Positions 59,591 to 64,000 of a stretch of 64,000 nt of DNA are shown here, piece by piece. The DNA is taken from NCBI RefSeq assembly GCF_963506605.1, contig NC_083281.1, positions 42,904,001 through 42,968,000 of the forward strand. Direction: 5' to 3'. The position numbers and the translations under genes are program-made. This stretch comes from Zootoca vivipara. Its lineage: Eukaryota. Under the pieces are notes generated by a model. That model was given only the letters and a program-made list of their open reading frames with translations. It did not search any database and was not told the origin of the DNA. Each line of letters starts with the position of its first letter. The first letter of the stretch is position 1.

Positions 59591-61114
59591 TGGGTCAGGC
59601 TTTGATCGTGGCACTCCTGAGAACTCCTCTCTCTTGGTTTTGCTCACACTATTGGGTGCACAGCCCCAGAACACTTAAGCTTAAAAGGCAAACAGCCAAA
59701 TAAAAGAAACCTTGGGGGCTTGACTGTGCCAAACAACTGCCCCCCCTGTTAATTAGCAAAACAGCTGCCTTGCTTCCCTCAGGCCCCCAGGCCTGTCATG
59801 GGGTTGCTGGACAGGACAGCCTCTCAGGCTACAAAGTCCTGTGACAGTCATCCCTCCCAGGGGGCCTCTTCCGACATGCGTCACACACCACACCCCGGGC
59901 AAGCTTGGATGGAGGCATATGTCAGTGACACTGCAAGCTGAAAAGAGGGGCGCCAAAGGATACAAAGAATTTCCTGTGGCATTTAATCCTCTCAATGACC
60001 CAGGCCTTTTGAGTTTCATGCCTGAACAGGGTTTGAACCCAAGTTTCTCCAAACCCAATGCATTATTCACACTACCTTGTCATGCACAGAGGCCCAGTGT
60101 TTAATTTTCGCTTGTGCATGACCCTGGGAACTGAGTCCCAGCAAATGTTTCCTGTCTTCCCCATCCCTTAAGCCCCCCAGCCCACCCCCAGGGCACTTCC
60201 TGCCACTGTCACAGGAAAAGATGCATCCTCAGTGGTGGGAAGATGGCTTGTTGTTTGGAGACCGGATGTTGCCTTTTCCTCTGCCCCCCTGCACTCAGGA
60301 GTCTTCCAGGTCAAGGCTATTTCTGGCAGGTTGAAAGGATGTTGCAGAGGGTCCAGAAGACACACTCCAGGGTGGAAGGAACAAGGGCCAGGGAAGAAGC
60401 TGATAGTCATAGAATTGTAGGTGCTGGAAGGAACCCAGAGTATAATCAGTCCAAACCCTTGCAATGCAGGAATATGTGGCTGTCCCATAGGGGGATCAAA
60501 GCTGCAACCAGAGCAAAAAAAGTATTGGGAACAGAAGGACAGATTGGGTCTGAGACTCTCAGGTTCAAACTAGTTCTGAGTCAAAAGCTTTGAAGATTCT
60601 TAAGCCGCACGTGGACAGGAATTTTCACCGATATTACTACCCACAGCACTAACTCCTTAAACAGGGCCTTGGGCAAATAATTATTCCTGGCTCCACTTCT
60701 TCTGCTGAATAATAGGTAGAAAGCCTGCCCCCTACTCCCCCTCCATTCAGGACAACATGCTGGATTGGATGCCCCCCAGGCAGATGCCAGCCTCATCTGC
60801 AAACAGAACTCTCCCCCCTCACCCCACAAGATTTTCATGAGTCCAGGATTTCCTAAAGCTCTGAGCAACCCTTTGATGAGAGCCAGGCAGCTGGGCTGGG
60901 CAGCAGGCCAGAGAAGAAAGAGGGGGTTGTTTTTTTGGGGGGAAAATACCTCCTCCTCTGAGCATGCTAAGGATAAACCATGCAAAGTTATGGGCCCCAA
61001 ACATAACAACGTAAGACCAGCCTGCTGGATCAGGCCCATGGCCCATCCAGCCCAGCATTCTGTTCTCACAGTGGCCAATCGGATGCCCTAAAGGGGAAAC
61101 AGCAACCATATTTT

Positions 61115-61248
61115 TAGAAGACATCTGAAGGCAGACCTGTTTAGGGAGGCTTTTAATGTTTAATAGATTATTTTATTTTTCTGTTGGAAGCCGCCCAGAG
61201 TGGCTGGGGAAACCCAGCCAGATGGGCGTGGTATAAATAATAAATTAT
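61115..61248 (+). mobile_element. L2-like LINE 3' end fragment
   Basis: agacatctgaaggcag...ggaagccgcccagagtggctgggg...gtataaataataaa. Reverse-oriented relative at about 37262-37388. Confidence 0.55.
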
Positions 61249-63875
61249 TCTCATTATTATAAAAAGCAACCAGGATTTTTCCTGTGGTTTCCAGCAACTG
61301 GTATTCAGAAGCATTCTGCCTCTGACTGGTCATGGCTAGTAGCTATCATGGTTGTTAGTCATCCATAGCCCTCTCCTCCATGAATTTGTCTAAACCGCGT
61401 TTAGAGGCATCTAGCTTGGTGGCTTGCTGATCTGGGGTGTGAGTTTGGTCACTTCTGCTGTGAAGGAGAGCACCTCCTTCCTGTTACCTCCCACTGTTCA
61501 TCTCTACAAGGAATGCAGAGAAGGTCCTGCGTCAGGGGGTCTGTTCAGCTCCTACCAGACTGGCTAAGCAGTATTTCCACATAAGTCGTGGATAACAACA
61601 AAGTTGTAAGGGAGGGAACCAGGGGGTGTTGCTGCTAACTTCCACCAAAGGTGAGAACTGCCGGTTCTCATTTGTCTGTGATGTTGAAAAATACGCACAC
61701 GCCCGTCGACCAACCCCATGGCAGTACAGCAGGGAAGGAATGGGAAAGGGAGTCTAAAAACCACTTGCAAAAATATTTGTAAAACTCGGAAATGAAAATG
61801 AGACATTTGGGCACAGAGCATGAAACCCTTAAAAAAACCCCAAAAAATGCAGAAAAACAGACTTGTGCTATCGATAACTAACTGGAGTGCAACACACACA
61901 CATATTGGGGCGTGGGTAGGAAAGGGGTTCCCCCCCATGGCCTGTTTTTCTTCTGTTTTAGCTAATAAGCATAGAGGTGAATGTTACGGAAAAAATCTAA
62001 TGCTTCCATAATCTGATCAAAATAATTTGAGATAACGGAATAATTTTTAAAATAGAGATTTCTGTTATAAAACCAATCTCACCAACAAAGCCCAGCTTTG
62101 TCCTATTTTTTCAAATATCAAGCAGGGGAGAATAAAGAAAAAAGAAAGGAAAAGATTGTAGAGGAAGCTTTTGTCAGTAGGGAAAGCAATTTAGAAGGTG
62201 CCTCAGATTCTCTCCCATCCCCACTGGTACTTTCTGGGGAACTATCCTAGATGGTTCCCCCCCCTTTTCTTTGGAGGGTGGGTGAATTTCAAAGAAGGAC
62301 CAGGCAGTTCCTCCTCCAGTTGAGCCTGAAATTAAAATGGAAACTGGCTTGGCTTGGCTGGAGTCTCTCCTGTACTGACCAAATTGCCCAATGATGCCTG
62401 GCCTGTTGCAGCAGGAAGCCAAGAGTGCAGGAATGCGGGGGGGGGGGAGGGGGGAACCAGCATAAGCCAGACACAGACGCAGCTTTAGGCACAGTCCTGG
62501 TGCTCAATGTTCTTTTAAGTGCATCTCCGGGAATGTGGTAGCTAATAACAAAGGCAAGAATAACCAAAAGCATGCACAGAGTGCATCCTTCACGTTGAGG
62601 AAACATTGCCTGTTATTTGGGGGAGGGGTGGGGGAGAGCAAATCTAGAAAGTTAATTTTTCAATTTCAAACCTTGGGCTGTTTATGGGTTCTACATAACA
62701 TCAATTTTTTAAAAATGGAAGAGTTGGGGGGGGGAGACTTTGTGAATATGTTACGGTGAACTGCAGCTTTGGCTGAAGACATAATGTTAGTAGGAACTGG
62801 GAAAGGCTCCATGAAATGGGATTTTCCACAGAGCTTTAAAGATGTAGAAACTGATCTCCCCAAGAACAACAGGATATTAAGATGTTACTGGGGGACTTGA
62901 CTGGAGGTACAAGTCATTGGCAAGACTCAGCCTAGAATTTAATAATGAATTATTGTCTCTAAGCATGGACAGAGTGCTCTTGCAACCACAGCAATTCCCC
63001 TCCTCCAATTTGGGATAAGAGAGATGATACCGTAGCTAGCCAGGTCTGCTTTGTGAAATTAAGAGTAGTTACCCCATCCATTGGTGAAAGTGAGCCATGC
63101 AGGTTCAGGAGCTACACCTGAGTAGGTTATTCATGCCGCTACAGTAAAGGATGCGAGGAAGATTCAGTGGAGGCCAGAGATGGAGCCAACAGGGCTGTCC
63201 CTAGAGGTGGCCTCTCCTTCACTGGAAGTTTTAAAGCAGAGGTTGGATGGCCATCTGCCAGAGATTCTTTAGCTGTGATTCCCGCATTGCAAGGGGTTGG
63301 ACTAGATGACTCTTAGAGTCTCTTCCAAATCTAGAATTCTTTGATTCTAGGAACAAGCACGGCTTCTTCTAAAGGAACAGTTGCCAGAGTAGAATCGGAC
63401 TGGAATCCCAAGGCTTGTTCACTCACTATTTCCACTGAGAAGCTCCTTCCACAAAGCTCCTTCTATCAGCCCATCCTTCCCAAATGGCACAGGGACAGGA
63501 TCCCCACTCAGGCATCACCCAAAAAGGATGAGATGCAACACCAAAAGAGGGGCAAAGAGGATGCAATTGCACAAAATTTGCATGCACTAATTCATGAAAG
63601 CTTGCAAGTATTTACTGTGCCTTAGATGGAAATACAGTACATCTCACCCTGGCAGGGAAGTTTGTGGGTCGGGCAACCTGTGCCCCTGTGCTTGGTCTGC
63701 TATCCAAGTGCATAGATGTGGATGGGCAACTTCCATCTCTCCTTTCTGAAAAGTTTGCTAACTTCAGAGCAGATTTGAATGGGACCGTTACAAAGGGGCT
63801 CATGCAATTAGCAGCTTCTGGGCAGCCACAGAATCCAGCTATGAGACCAACATTGAGAAAGGGTGCCAGGCTTAC

Positions 63876-63929
63876 CGAGCGCAGGGTCCGTCCAATTTCA
63901 AGGCTGCTGCTCTGCCTCCATTGCAGTCC
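63876..63929 (-). other. EVA1B: Candidate 5' UTR exon of EVA1B
   Basis: Minus strand ttttcttctgacag|GGACTG...GCTCG|gtaagc gives a good acceptor and donor 5.2 kb upstream of the ATG exon. Confidence 0.4.
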
Positions 63930-64000
63930 CTGTCAGAAGAAAGGAGCCTCTGAGGAGGAGGGGAGAAAGGGAGCCCCCCTGCTTGAGCGGGATCTTACAG

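Overview
Vertebrate genomic DNA, almost certainly from a squamate reptile (lizard): it carries Sauria-type SINEs, CR1/L2/L1 fragments, Penelope remnants and many hAT MITEs. Left to right it holds the last two coding exons and long 3' UTR of KPNA6 (+), complete TXLNA (+, 10 coding exons, one GC-AG intron), complete CCDC28B (+, with a 23-nt micro-exon followed by a U12-type intron), DCDC2B (+, 11 coding exons), an intact 648-aa hAT (Blackjack-like) transposase ORF (-), and the coding exons of EVA1B (-). The standout is the transposase. It retains one terminal inverted repeat, has a splice acceptor 8 nt before its ATG and a polyA signal outside the TIR, and sits just downstream of an otherwise unexplained housekeeping-type CpG-island promoter with a strong first-exon donor. 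It also lies at the junction of two gene blocks that are far apart in human. This fits a candidate domesticated (promoter-capturing) transposase gene. Also notable are Penelope-derived inverted repeats, one with a minimal hammerhead ribozyme motif, and two unexplained perfect hairpins in CCDC28B. Gene names come from recalled protein similarity and synteny; no database search was run.
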